A stretch of 64,000 bases of DNA from an uncultured delta proteobacterium (GCA_963840855.1 CAWJBB010000051.1:32001-96000), one strand, 5' to 3'; shown: positions 9,019 to 22,006, numbered from the stretch's first letter. Numbers and translations: made by a program. The notes: generated from the sequence alone by a model not told the origin.

Positions 9019-10348
9019 ACTCGTTACCGATGTCGTTAACGCTAAAGACTTTGCGGAGCGATTCGACAAAGACCTGCGCTATAGTTTTGCTCGCAAAAGG
9101 TGGTTTATTTGGGACGGCAAACGCTGGGCCTTGGACGACTCCGGTGAAGTCGTGCGCAAGGCGAAAGCCTTTACGTCTGAGATTCTTGCAAGGGCTGCGG
9201 CAGAGTCCAACCACGAAAAACGCTTAAAGCTAATCAATCAGGCCAAGCAACTGCAAGCAGAAGGGAAATTGAGTTCAATGATAAGCTTGGCAAGGTCCGA
9301 GCTTCCGATTTCAATGGACTTGTTGGACGCAGACCCGTGGCTGTTAAACCTGAATAATGGAACCTTGAATTTGCGAACGAGCGAACTTCACGAACACAGG
9401 CGGGAAGACTACATAACAAAGTTCACGGCGATTGATTACATTGAAGGAGCAGAATGCAACAGGTGGCATCATTTCCTCAACACGGTTACAAAGAATGATT
9501 TGAGCTTAAAAAAGTATCTGCAAAAGGTCGTTGGATACGCTCTAACCGGAGATACTTCCGAGCAAGCATTCTTTCTCATGCACGGCGAAGGCGCAAACGG
9601 AAAAAGCACGTTCATTGAAGTCATCAAGGCTCTGCTTGGAGATGACTATGCTCGGGGTGTTCCGGCTGAAACGCTCATGGTTCAAGTTAATGATCGGATA
9701 CCAAATGACTTGGCCATGTTGAAAGGAATACGCTTCGCTTTTGCCGTTGAAACCGAACACGGCAAGCGTTTGGCAGAAGCAAGATTGAAGCATCTTACGG
9801 GCGGAGATGTTATCCCGGCTAGGTTCCTTCATGGTGAGTTTTTCGAGTACAAGCCCCAATTCAAGCTCTTTCTGGCAACGAATCATAAGCCGGAAGTTCA
9901 AGAGATGACTTTGGCTTTGTGGCGCAGAATCCGCTTGATTCCGTTCGACGTTACGATTCCACCGGAGAAGCAAGACAAGCATCTTGCGGAGCAGCTTAAG
10001 CAGGAATTTCCAGGGATTCTGAGTTGGGCCTTGCAGGGTTGCCGTATCTGGCAAACCGAGCGGGATTTGAAAGAACCCGAACGCGTTAGGACTGCCGTGA
10101 AGAGTTACCGTGAAGAAATGGACACGATTCAGCAGTTTCTTGAGGATTGTTGCGCGCCGGAGGCAAGCGAGCAAGTGATGTTTTCAGAACTCTTTGAAGC
10201 CTATAAGGAATGGGCAAAAGTGCACGGTGAAAAGCCGATTTCCTTCAAGCTCTTTGGAAAGCGTTTGAGTGAAAAAGGCTTCAGAGCGGATAGGAACCGC
10301 GCCGGAGCCATCCGCCACGGATTGCAATTCCGCCGGTTAGCAGCATAA
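8996..10348 (+). CDS. P4-family D5-like SF3 helicase (D5_N plus ATPase; no primase domain)
   Basis: WFIWDGKRW, NGTLNL, Walker A GEGANGKST, LTGGD, TNHKP, WRRI; AAGGAG SD. Confidence 0.92.
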   Translation: MNNLEIPKLVTDVVNAKDFAERFDKDLRYSFARKRWFIWDGKRWALDDSGEVVRKAKAFTSEILARAAAESNHEKRLKLINQAKQLQAEGKLSSMISLARSELPISMDLLDADPWLLNLNNGTLNLRTSELHEHRREDYITKFTAIDYIEGAECNRWHHFLNTVTKNDLSLKKYLQKVVGYALTGDTSEQAFFLMHGEGANGKSTFIEVIKALLGDDYARGVPAETLMVQVNDRIPNDLAMLKGIRFAFAVETEHGKRLAEARLKHLTGGDVIPARFLHGEFFEYKPQFKLFLATNHKPEVQEMTLALWRRIRLIPFDVTIPPEKQDKHLAEQLKQEFPGILSWALQGCRIWQTERDLKEPERVRTAVKSYREEMDTIQQFLEDCCAPEASEQVMFSELFEAYKEWAKVHGEKPISFKLFGKRLSEKGFRADRNRAGAIRHGLQFRRLAA

Positions 10349-10359
10349 ACCCGCGACGC

Positions 10360-10463
10360 TGTGAACCATGTGAATGATAGAAACCCTTTTCCGGTTTTTT
10401 CCTATATAGAAATCTCTTATAGCGAAAAACCGAGATTCAATTCTAACGTTCACAACGTTCACG
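10360..10463. promoter_or_regulatory. Putative replication origin of the element
   Basis: Inverted GTGAA(C)/GTTCAC repeats flanking an AT-rich imperfect palindrome directly after the helicase gene. Confidence 0.45.
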
Positions 10464-11693
10464 GACCCAAAGCAAAACCGGATTTTGAGGTTTGAGGATC
10501 GCGAGATCGCTATCCCGCGAAGGCGGACAAGCGGGCGCGCACGAGTGCCTCGTGTCCGCCAAAGGCTCGGCCAACAGCGCCAGGGGGAATTTCTCCTTCG
10601 CTCCGCGCGCTGGCCAGGCCCAAGACAACTACAGAAGGGAGAACAACGGAAGGAATATGAACATGTGAAGCAGAAGCAGCAGGTAGAAATGGAAGAGGAG
10701 AGCCAAGCGGACACCGGACGCCAAAGCGGAGGGGAAGGTGCGGCACCCGCGCAGGGCCGCGCGAAGACGCACGCAGGAGAGAAGGCCAAGAGCGCCAAAA
10801 GGCCCGGAGATGGCCGACGGAACGAAAGGCCGCTGTGCCGTAGGGAGATCCCCCAGCGAACACAACGCATAGCAAGATGCGCCAGGGGCAAACGAAGACA
10901 CAGGCACAGCGGGGGAGCAAGGACAAGGGCGCGGAGGTGAGAACCGAAGTTCGAGGATGTCCGGGACTCAACCACAGGAACCAGACTGAAGGCGATTGCA
11001 TCAGTGGCTTGTGAAAAGTGCCGACATGGGCGTGGTCGAACACATCGAGGGTTGATGTTACCTTGAAAACGAAGGGAACGGGACGGTGATGTAAAGCGGA
11101 CCAAAGGCAATGCTCTGGGTGGGGTTGGGCTGGGCTGGGCGCCTATGTCAGCGCTATGTCAGCGGCCATCAAGCGGCCACTCCCAGCCCCACGCCCCCCA
11201 GCGTCGCACATCGACACATAACACTAGCAAAGGAGACCTTACCATGAAGAAAATCAACTTAAGGAAACGAAATAGCCGTATCGCAACGCTGGCAACATCG
11301 AAGTCCTGAAGAACTCCCTGCGTCGAGCGTTGCCGCAAAGATCGGCACCGCAAAGGCCGTTCAGGTCGCCCAGTACGATGACAAGAAATGGCTCAGTCCG
11401 AACCCGTGGACTACGAAACCGGAGCACAAGGCTTACAGGATTGATCAAAATGATGACCCATGAAGCGCCAGTGGGCAAGTAGGGTTGCCGTTGGTGCTGG
11501 TGAGAATCGCAGAGCTCGGAAGCGGCGGGGAACTATCCCGATGTTGCGCGGAGCTTGCCGCTGTTGGTGGTCAGATGGCCATGACGCAGAGCAAGCCGAG
11601 CTCAGCAGAGAAGGCCCAAGCGCGTGAGCTTGAAGCCAAGAAGGCCCAACTGAGGCGGAGAAAACCGCTCCCCAAGTCCGTGCCCGAGCGGAA

Positions 11694-12080
11694 ATGACAG
11701 CATCAGAAATGACAAACCAACCCCTCCAGAACGCACTCAAAGGTGAGAAGGCTGCCACGGAACACGTACAGCGGCTCTATGAGCAGGTGAACCCTCGCGG
11801 GTTGCACGGAGATGGCCCACGGCACGCGGACAAGCCCCGTGATGAACCGCCCTCTGCCACCCCCTGGGGCTTGAGCTACGGACACGCGAGGGGGGATGAC
11901 AAGCGCAAACCGCAGCTGAGGAACGCCTGGAGCAAGGTCTATATGGCGAGAAGACGAATGTGGCCCTGGAGCCAACATGGAGCGACGGCTACGGCGAACA
12001 AGCGCCGGGAGAGAACCACACCGTCGAGCGTACAGACCTGCGCGGACCAACCTGAGGGCCACAAGGTCGCCATACTGTGA
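11694..12080 (+). pseudogene. Decayed HGGxSTG-domain (terminase small subunit-like) gene
   Basis: Motif fragments GLSYG, RNAW and, in a shifted frame, QGLYG resemble HGGLSTG...NAxKHGLY. Confidence 0.35.
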
Positions 12081-12590
12081 CAACCGGCGCCACAACCGAG
12101 GCACGGCACTGCACAACAGCCAGAACACGCGGGACGCTGTAGCCAAAAGAGGCACAACATGAGCGCAAAACGCAGCCCGGGCACCGTACAGCGGAGAGAA
12201 CCTCTGCGTAACCTCAAGGGGGGCGCCAATGCCGAGCGTGTGGGCGAGAACGTAACCTGAACAAAACCAAAGCGCCCGCCGCGGCCTAGGTGCTAGCGAC
12301 GGCGAGGGCGATAAGGTCAAAAGGAACACACCGCCCAGCGGTCGCGTGGGCCCGAGAGCCCCCACGTGCCGCTCTAACTCTTGACGCAGACGTCCCGTCC
12401 CTGCGCAGACGTGCAGTCATACCTGCCGCTGTGCTCAAGCTTCTGCATAATCAGACGCGCCATCACCGGCGCTGTCAGCGCTAAGAGAATCACCACCGCT
12501 AGAGCTTCATACGCATCTCCCGCGATTCGCTGGCAGACTAGCCCAACGTGATAGATCGCTAGAAGTTAACAAAAGGGGGAAGAGGAAAAT

Positions 12591-12666
<76 letters not shown>

Positions 12667-12677
12667 ACAAGCTGGTA

Positions 12678-13541
12678 TCAGTCAGCGAATGATCGCAAGT
12701 ACTCGGTTACTTTATCTTTTAGATCGGGCCTTTTCAACGCATAGGCAACCGTGGCGCGCACGAAGCCGAACTTGTCGCCGATATCGTAGCGCTCGCCGGC
12801 GAAGACGCAACCGAACATTTTTCTCCGGCGCGCCAGCTGCGCGAGCCCATCCGTTAATTGAATCTCGCCGCCCCGTCCCGGCGGTTGCTTTTGCAGGATC
12901 TCGAAGATCTCCGGGCGCAAAACATACCGTCCAATGATTGCCATTCGCGAAGGGGCTTCGCTGGAGACGGGTTTCTCGACCGTTCGTTGGATCTCATATA
13001 TTCGCGGTTCGATTTCTTTGCCCTCGATAACGCCGTATTGATGTACCTCCTCGAGGGGTACTTGCAACAAAGCGATGACCGATTCCTCTTTGCGGTTAAA
13101 AATATCCACCAGTTGCCTGACGCACGGAACTTCGCTGTCCACCAGATCATCCGCCAACATCACGGCGAAGGGTTCACTGCCCACCAGATCGCGCGCGCAA
13201 AGGACCGCATGTCCCAAACCCAACGGTCTTTTCTGACGCACCGAAACCACTTCGATCATTTCCGCGATCCGGCGCAAAGCCTTGACCATCTCGGTATTGC
13301 CGCGGTCGGTGAGAATCTGTTCCAGCTCGGGGGCCTCGTCAAAATGGTCTTCGATGGCGTCCTTGCCCCGTCCTGTGACGAAAATAATCTCCTCGATGCC
13401 CGCGTCCACCGCTTCCTGGACGACGTATTGAATCGACGGTATATCGACGATGGGCAATAACTCTTTGGGCACGGTTTTCGTCGCAGGGAGGAAGCGGGTT
13501 CCTAACCCGGCGACCGGTATGACGGCTTTTTTGACTTTCAT
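12678..13541 (-). CDS. galU: UTP--glucose-1-phosphate uridylyltransferase
   Basis: KAVIPVAGLGTRFLPATK, GLGHAV, VEKP, GEIQLTD. Confidence 0.96.
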   Translation of the reverse strand: MKVKKAVIPVAGLGTRFLPATKTVPKELLPIVDIPSIQYVVQEAVDAGIEEIIFVTGRGKDAIEDHFDEAPELEQILTDRGNTEMVKALRRIAEMIEVVSVRQKRPLGLGHAVLCARDLVGSEPFAVMLADDLVDSEVPCVRQLVDIFNRKEESVIALLQVPLEEVHQYGVIEGKEIEPRIYEIQRTVEKPVSSEAPSRMAIIGRYVLRPEIFEILQKQPPGRGGEIQLTDGLAQLARRRKMFGCVFAGERYDIGDKFGFVRATVAYALKRPDLKDKVTEYLRSFAD

Positions 13542-13546
13542 GGGAT

Positions 13547-13912
13547 TTAGATTGCCCGCTTGGCTTTCTTTTCTTGGACTTCTTGGCTCGATTTGCATTC
13601 GATACAGAAAGTAGTTACCGGGCGAACTTTGAGCCGTTCGATACCGATCGCTGCCCCGCACTCTTCACAGATGCCGAACTCTCCGTCGTCGAGCCGCTGC
13701 AACGCCTCTTGAATCTTGAAGATCAGCTTTCGCTCCCGGTCGCGAATGCGCAAGACGGAATTGCGGTTCGATTCCATGGTTGCGCGGTCACTGGGGTCCG
13801 GAAAGTTTTCGTCTTCGTCCATGTTCTCCACGGTTTTGCCCGCTTCGGAACGAAGCTCCTTGATCCGCTGGTTGAGGAGATTGCGAAAAAACTCGATGTC
13901 TTTTTGTTCCAT
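13547..13912 (-). CDS. dksA: RNA polymerase-binding factor DksA
   Basis: DPSDRA coiled-coil tip; CEEC...CIEC zinc finger. Confidence 0.92.
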   Translation of the reverse strand: MEQKDIEFFRNLLNQRIKELRSEAGKTVENMDEDENFPDPSDRATMESNRNSVLRIRDRERKLIFKIQEALQRLDDGEFGICEECGAAIGIERLKVRPVTTFCIECKSSQEVQEKKAKRAI

Positions 13913-14023
13913 GGACGGCTTGGCCTCCCGGTGTCCGAAGCCAGAGCTTAACACCAGAAGTAATTCAAGTAAATCGGCTATTCGCTAAACCTATGACTAA
14001 AAGCCGAGGAAAGAAAACGCAAC

Positions 14024-14842
14024 TCAATCGCCGAACAGCGCGCTACGCGGATGTTTGAGCACGAAGACTTCGGTGGACTTCGGCAATGCGGTGCGACTCA
14101 ATGTGAGCTGCGAGCCGCCGATTTTGCGCACGGGATAATGTTCCTTGGCGAACGCGGCGAACAATTCTCCCTGGTTCACGACATCGTAGTGCATGGGAAT
14201 CACGATGGGCGGTTTAACTTGCGCGATCACTTTGAGGATATCTTCGAATCCGAGGTTGGTCATGGCGTCGATGGGAATCATCATGACATCGACCCGCTGC
14301 AGCACCTTTTCCTGCTCCGGCGTTAGCAAGTGGCCGATATTGCCCAAATGTGCGATGCACAAACTTCCCATTTCATAGATAAATATGGAATTGGCGACTC
14401 CACCCCACCCCGCTCCTCTCTGGCTCGGAATGTTAACGATGGTAATGTCTTTAACGCTGGTGCGAATGGGATTCCAGGTCTGGCGAAACGTGATGCCGCG
14501 GAGAATCACCGGGTTGCCGGTGACGGCGCCGGTATTGTTGTGCGTGAAATGATCGTTGCTGACCGTGACGGCGTCGGCCTGGATGCCCGGCGTCACGTTG
14601 AAATTGGGGTCGGCGACGACTTTGGTTTGGCTCCCGGAGTGAATTAAAAAGCTCGAATGGCCATACCATTGTATGAAGTAGTCGCCCAACGCCAGCCCCC
14701 TCCCGCCCGGGCGCGCCTGAACCAATTGCCGCCCGCGTTCGAAAAGCCGGACCAACGACGGGTTGCACACCGCCTGGGCAATCTCGCGTAGCAAGAACAG
14801 GAATCCACCGGCAAGCATGACGATAAATCCGCGCCGTTTCAT
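14024..14842 (-). CDS. MBL-fold protein with Tat-like signal and degenerate metal ligands
   Basis: MKRRGF; WYGHSSF, DP, SNDHFTH, HLGNIG, PMHY. Confidence 0.75.
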   Translation of the reverse strand: MKRRGFIVMLAGGFLFLLREIAQAVCNPSLVRLFERGRQLVQARPGGRGLALGDYFIQWYGHSSFLIHSGSQTKVVADPNFNVTPGIQADAVTVSNDHFTHNNTGAVTGNPVILRGITFRQTWNPIRTSVKDITIVNIPSQRGAGWGGVANSIFIYEMGSLCIAHLGNIGHLLTPEQEKVLQRVDVMMIPIDAMTNLGFEDILKVIAQVKPPIVIPMHYDVVNQGELFAAFAKEHYPVRKIGGSQLTLSRTALPKSTEVFVLKHPRSALFGD

Positions 14843-15399
14843 CGTTCCTCCTCGATCACCAGCGCGGTGAAGCTGGAGATCATCGTCGCCGGGTCTTCCC
14901 AAGCGTTTTTTTTCAAGCCGGCCTTGCGGCAGACTTGCTCAAGAAAAGTTTGCATGTCCCAGCCATGTTGCACCGCCACCTGCGGCAAGAGCACACCCCG
15001 GCGGCCCCTGGACGTGATGTAGAGCCCATGCCTGCCCACTTGGAGCGCCAGGGGATTTTCGGCGCGCTCAAGCGGCGATAGAATGGAAATATCGATCTTT
15101 ATCGCCGCAAGCTCCGCCGCGCGCACCGGCTCCATGCGGTGATCGCGCGAAGCCGCAGCCTCGGTCATCTCGATAACAGTCTCATACAAACAACGATCCG
15201 GGGTACAACTGCCGATGCAGCCGCGCAACTCGTTAATTGCGTGGAGACTCACGAAAGCGCCGTAGCGGTCCGCTCTGAGATAAGGGTCGCTTATCTCTTC
15301 GGAGCGCCGGCCGACGCCACGCACGAAGTCTTCAAGCGTCCGGCGCGACAGTTGGAGAAGCCGGCGTTGCGACTCGGGAGGAATAGCAATCTCGCTCAT
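14839..15399 (-). CDS. amrA: AMMECR1-domain protein (AmmeMemoRadiSam protein A)
   Basis: GAFVSL, LRGCIG, ISILS, GRHGL, LLPQVA. Confidence 0.9.
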   Translation of the reverse strand: MSEIAIPPESQRRLLQLSRRTLEDFVRGVGRRSEEISDPYLRADRYGAFVSLHAINELRGCIGSCTPDRCLYETVIEMTEAAASRDHRMEPVRAAELAAIKIDISILSPLERAENPLALQVGRHGLYITSRGRRGVLLPQVAVQHGWDMQTFLEQVCRKAGLKKNAWEDPATMISSFTALVIEEER

Positions 15400-15598
15400 G
15401 GCTTTCCCGTTACATCGGCCGGCACTATACCGCCACCAAGACGCTGATGGCAAGATAGGGCGCAGCCTGGCGATTCGGAACGTACCCACCCAATTTCAAC
15501 GAGGGACCCACCTGATTTCACGGAGGGACCCACCCTTTCAGGTGGTACTTCGTTTTCTGAGCTAGCGAGACGAGCTATTGGCATGGAGGAGGTAGTTG

Positions 15599-17067
15599 AT
15601 GGCAGAGAGGAGCGTTCGTTGCAGCGCATCATTCTGTCGACAGGGCTTCCATTCGCAGCTCGCCGGATACTGAGGCTTTCGCGCCGAACCGTGCGCAAGT
15701 TCTTGGAACCAGCCCAAACGACTTGAGATCGGCGGCTGGATGGAGACGCTTGACTGGGAGTATGTCGCAGGAGTCTATGGCAGGGACCACGGTCAAGCAG
15801 ATCAGAGGGAGTGGCCGATATCGCGTCGTAGTTTTGGCGTTTCGGGAGAAGGTCAGTGCGCAGGCCTCACCCGATCAGTGACGTCGGCTCGATCATAAGC
15901 CCGCGGAAAAAACCCAGATCGATTTCTGTGACGGTCTGTTTCTCACCGACCGGTCACGGCCATAAACTCTCACACAGTTTTTCTTAGGCGTGTTGCCGTT
16001 CAGCTCGTATTTCTTCGGCGAGTTCGTTCTAGATCAAAAGCTTGCCACGTTTATCGGGGTCCAGAGCCGCATGTTCGCCTACTTTGGTGGGATCACCCCC
16101 TACGTGGTCGTGGACAATCTCAAAAGCGGTGTCCACAAGGCCGATCTGTACGACCCCGATGTCAATGCCACCTACTGTGACTTTGCCAATCACATGGGCT
16201 TTGCTGTTCTGCCGGCCAGGCCCCGAAAGCCCCGCGACAAGGGCTCGGGAGAAAGCCACATCGGAGTGGTCCAAAGGAGTTTTTTCCAGGAGGTCCGTAA
16301 CCGCGTCTTTTATTCGCTCCCCGAGCTCAATCAAACGCTGCGGGACTATCTACAGCGGCTCAACTACGAAGTGATGAAAGACTATGGGGTGAGCCGCTCC
16401 CAGCGCTTCGCTGAAGAGAAAAAGCAGTTAAAAGCCCTGCCGGCTTCGCCTTCGAGCTCAGCGAGTGGCGGCAAGCTAAAGTCCATCCCGACTGCCATGT
16501 CCAGGTGGAAAAAAACTTCTACTCGGTCCCCTTTGTTTACGTCGGCCAAATAGTCCGGGTCAGACTCACGGAGAAAATCGTCGAACTCTTCAGCGAGGAC
16601 AGCCAATGCCTTACCGCGCACCCAAGACTTAGGGGCATCGGACAGTTCTCCACCTATGATTTCCATTATCCAGAAAAAAAGCTTAGCGTAGCGCGCTTCG
16701 AAATCCGTCACGCCCAACAGCAAGCCAAACAGGTCGGCCCCCATGTCGAGAAGTTGGTCGACCAGCTGCTCTCGGGCCACCATCCGCTGCGCCATCTACG
16801 GCGGGTCCAAGGGATCTTGCGGCTTTCAAAACGCTATCCCGTCACCCCTCAAGCTCTGGACCACGCCTGCCAGCGCGCCTGAGCTTCAACAAAACACGGC
16901 TCGCCTACATCAAAGACTGCGCCCTTTACTTTGTCGCCCACGGTCAAAGACCGACGCTGCTTACCCCAAAGAGAAAGCCCGATACCGTTCATCTGCACCA
17001 ATACGGCGCCGATTCGGACTCGGATCCAGAACCGTCCTTGCCTTCGGTGGAGGAGGAAATCCTATGA
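15599..17067 (+). pseudogene. istA: IS21 transposase IstA, multiple frameshifts
   Basis: QIDF, VVDNLKSGV, PRDKG, YSVP motifs spread over several frames. Confidence 0.85.
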
Positions 17068-17226
17068 GCACGAGCTTAAAATCCAGCCGCAAAGCCATTT
17101 TTAATCATCCAGACAAGCAAGCGGGAAAAAACGGCCTCCGTATAAGCCCTATAAACGACGATCTCGGCTCGGTTGATACCTGGGGTTCCCCCAAAAACAG
17201 CCCTTTCACCAAGAGGTCGCACCACC

Positions 17227-17996
17227 ATGATGCTTGATCAAGTCAGAGCCCTCTCGCACCAGATGCGCCTGTTCGGCATCCATGAAGCCTGCGAACGACA
17301 AGCCCAGATCGCTTTGTCCCAGCAGTTCCATCCCCTGGAGTTCCTCCGACTCCTGCTCGAAGATGAACTGTTGTCGCGCAAAGACCGTACCGCTAAGGCG
17401 CTCATGACCAAGGCCCGCTTTCGGTTCCGCGCCGATCTGGAAGACTTAGATTTAGCGTTCCACAAGGATCTGACCAAGGCTAAGATCAAGAGCTCTGTGA
17501 ATTAAACTTCCTTCATAACCAGGAGAATCTTTTGATCCTTGGAAAAACCGGCCTGGGTAAAACTCATCTCGCCATTGCCTTGGGTAAACGGCTGTGCCAG
17601 GAAGGCCATCCCACTCAGTTCTTGCCAGTCAACTTCCTGTTCGAGGAAATCCAGGCCGCCAGGGCCGCCGGCCGTTACCTCAACTACATCCGTAGTCTCA
17701 TCAAGGCCAAGGTTTTAATCCTCGATGACTTAGGGCTAAGAAACTACACCCACGAGGAGGCCACTTCCCTGATGGACATCCTCGAAGAGCGTTACCGCAA
17801 GGCTCCCCTCATTGTCACCTCCCAGGTCGAGCCCCAGGGGTGGATAAAACTGTTTGAAGATCCGGTGATCGCCGAAGCCATTGTGGATCGGCTGATTCAT
17901 CCATCTCAGAAAATCACTCTGAAAGGAGAGAAATCCTATAGAGAAAAACTTGCAGAGAAAAAATCGGGATTGAAAAACCAGGGAGGCTCAGTGTAA
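17227..17996 (+). pseudogene. istB: IS21 helper ATPase IstB, frameshift near 17495
   Basis: GKTGLGKTHLA, LILDDLG, IVTSQ, AIVDRL. Confidence 0.9.
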
Positions 17997-18099
17997 AAGT
18001 CAAAATCGCTTCGTCGCTTCGCTCCGCTGATTTCAGTGGTCCCCTTCGTTGAAATCGGGTGGGTCCCTAAAGTGAAATCGAGCAGCAGCCCTGGCACCG

Positions 18100-18480
18100 T
18101 TAGTTGCCGCACTTCTTGCAGCGCCCGAAAAACGCCAACTGGTGCGATGTCACGGTGAAGCCCTCGTCGGGCAGCCGGCTCAGTAACCGTGTTTCACGGG
18201 AGTCAAGGAGGAGATCGTAGACCTGCGCGCATTGTTCGCAAATGAAATGCTGGTGCGACCGCACGAGCGGATCGAAGTGTTGCGCGCGCCCGAGAGTCAA
18301 CACTTGCAATTTGCCTTCACCGACAAGCTTTTGCAGATTCCGGTAGACAGTTGCCAAGCTGACGTTTGGCAGTTGGCAACGGACTTTGAGAAAAATCTGA
18401 TCCGCGGTGGGATGAGAGGTCTCATCCTTGACGGCTTGCCAAATCACTTCAAACTGTTTGGTATTTCTTTGCTGCTGCGC
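18100..18480 (-). CDS. Fur/PerR-family regulator (start damaged)
   Basis: RNTKQ, HPTA, SLATVYRNL, HQHFICEQC, C-terminal CKKC. Confidence 0.85.
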   Translation of the reverse strand, partial: AQQQRNTKQFEVIWQAVKDETSHPTADQIFLKVRCQLPNVSLATVYRNLQKLVGEGKLQVLTLGRAQHFDPLVRSHQHFICEQCAQVYDLLLDSRETRLLSRLPDEGFTVTSHQLAFFGRCKKCGN

Positions 18481-18600
18481 CCTTCCTCGAAACGCGCTTG
18501 AATCTTCCGCGTTCCTATCTTGAGAACCACGGCTTCGTCGACGCCCAAGAATCTCAGCAACTCATCCCGCAGATAGGAAGTCGGCTCCAAGACCGAAAAG
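18470..18600 (-). pseudogene. DUF3501-like gene fragment
   Basis: Manual translation LRDELLRFLGVDEAVVLKIGTRKIQARFEEGRS. Confidence 0.4.
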
Positions 18601-18729
18601 CATCTCACCCATGCCCATCAACATGGCCCGTTTCCTTCCACCAGGCGCACTAGAGTCGAGCGGTGCTACTGGTCAACGAGCACTCGGCGAGCACTGCTAA
18701 ACATTCACTGGTCCGCGCCGTAGCGGGGA

Positions 18730-19184
18730 TCAGACGGCGCAGGTTGCGCAGAGGCCGTAGAAGTCCAGGCGATAGCCGCTGATCTGGTAGCCCATCTGGT
18801 CGGCGACCTCCTGGACAGACGGCCCAGCCGATCCAGCCTGACGTCGTCGATCCGGCCGCAGCCCGTGCAGACCACGTGCGGGTGAGCGCTGGGCATGTTC
18901 GCGTCGTAGCGATTCGGCCCCTCGCGGAACTCGAGCTCGAGCACCTCGCCTGCGGCCTTCAAAGTGTCGAGCGTCTTGTAGACAGTGGCCCGGCTCATCA
19001 TCGGGTATGCGTCCGATACCCGATGGAAGAGCTGCTCAGCGCTGGGATGCTCGCCACCCTCCACCAGTGCGCGCACGACAGCGTAGCGCTGCGGCGTCAG
19101 TCTATGTCCGCGCTCGCGCAACCGGCCCACGATTTCATTCACGCGGCTAGCCACGACGCCGATTTGTGGAGAATGAGTCGCCAT
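18730..19184 (-). CDS. Second Fur/PerR-family regulator, frameshift near 18810
   Basis: RLTPQR, HPSAE, SRATVYKTL, HPHVVCTGC; RLDFYGLCATC in an alternate frame. Confidence 0.85.
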
Positions 19185-19311
19185 AAGTATTGACATTCTT
19201 TACTGTCGGTTGTAGTTCACGTTAATAGAACTTAGCGGCTAGTATAGCAAATGCGCGAGGGCCATGCCGCTGGACCTCGATGCGGCCCCGGGCGGCGCAA
19301 ATCAGCGGTAA

Positions 19312-21574
<2,263 letters not shown>

Positions 21575-21703
21575 ATTTAGCGACAACGTCATCGAGAGGT
21601 TCCTAAGCGTGTTCTGAATTGCATATTGGATGATCAGGATGCCATAGAATCTCCATAAATTAACGCGAGTCCCTTACACTCAAGGAAGCGGTGAGCAACA
21701 ATG

Positions 21704-21746
21704 AGGGCGGTGTTTCAAAACAATCTGAAACATCGCCCTTTTTTTG
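21704..21746 (+). terminator. Rho-independent terminator downstream of katG
   Basis: AGGGCGGTGTTTCA...TGAAACATCGCCCT followed by a T run. Confidence 0.65.
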
Positions 21747-21759
21747 GCCCTCACTCTGC

Positions 21760-22006
21760 TGGTCACAGAATCGGAGCCAGGCTCCGCACTGCTCCAGACG
21801 CACATCAGGCGGGCGTTAACCTTACACCCTGAGATTGGATTGTATTGTGTATTAATCTCATAAACGGAATGGCACTGAGAGGCGGTTATGTCGTAGTGGA
21901 TATGACACAAGACCGTCAGGAAAGGAGCCATTCAATGGAGAGTTTTACTGGGGCCGATCTACACAAACGAGTAACGCAGTTGGCAGTGTTGAGAGATGGG
22001 CATCCG
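21760..22006 (+). mobile_element. IS110-family left-end remnant (structured non-coding region plus first ~24 codons of transposase)
   Basis: AAAGGAG SD and ATG 21935, MESFTGADLHKRVTQLAVL (GxDxHK RuvC-like motif); left boundary approximate. Confidence 0.6.

Larger units (their letters stand above)
15466..18087 (+). mobile_element. IS21-family insertion sequence (left end degenerate, boundary approximate)
   Basis: istA plus istB; repeated GGGACCCACCyrATTTCA motifs at the left end and inverted at 18036-18080; right end ...GAGCAGCA. Confidence 0.85.

Noticed and set aside
10337-11110. 257-aa minus-strand and 151-aa plus-strand ORFs after the helicase
   Set aside because: Low-complexity Arg/Ser/Pro composition with no motifs; probably spurious or scrambled by indels.
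15484-15535. Three ~21-bp direct repeats as a CRISPR or iteron array
   Set aside because: They match the inverted copies at 18036-18080 and are typical IS21 terminal repeats.
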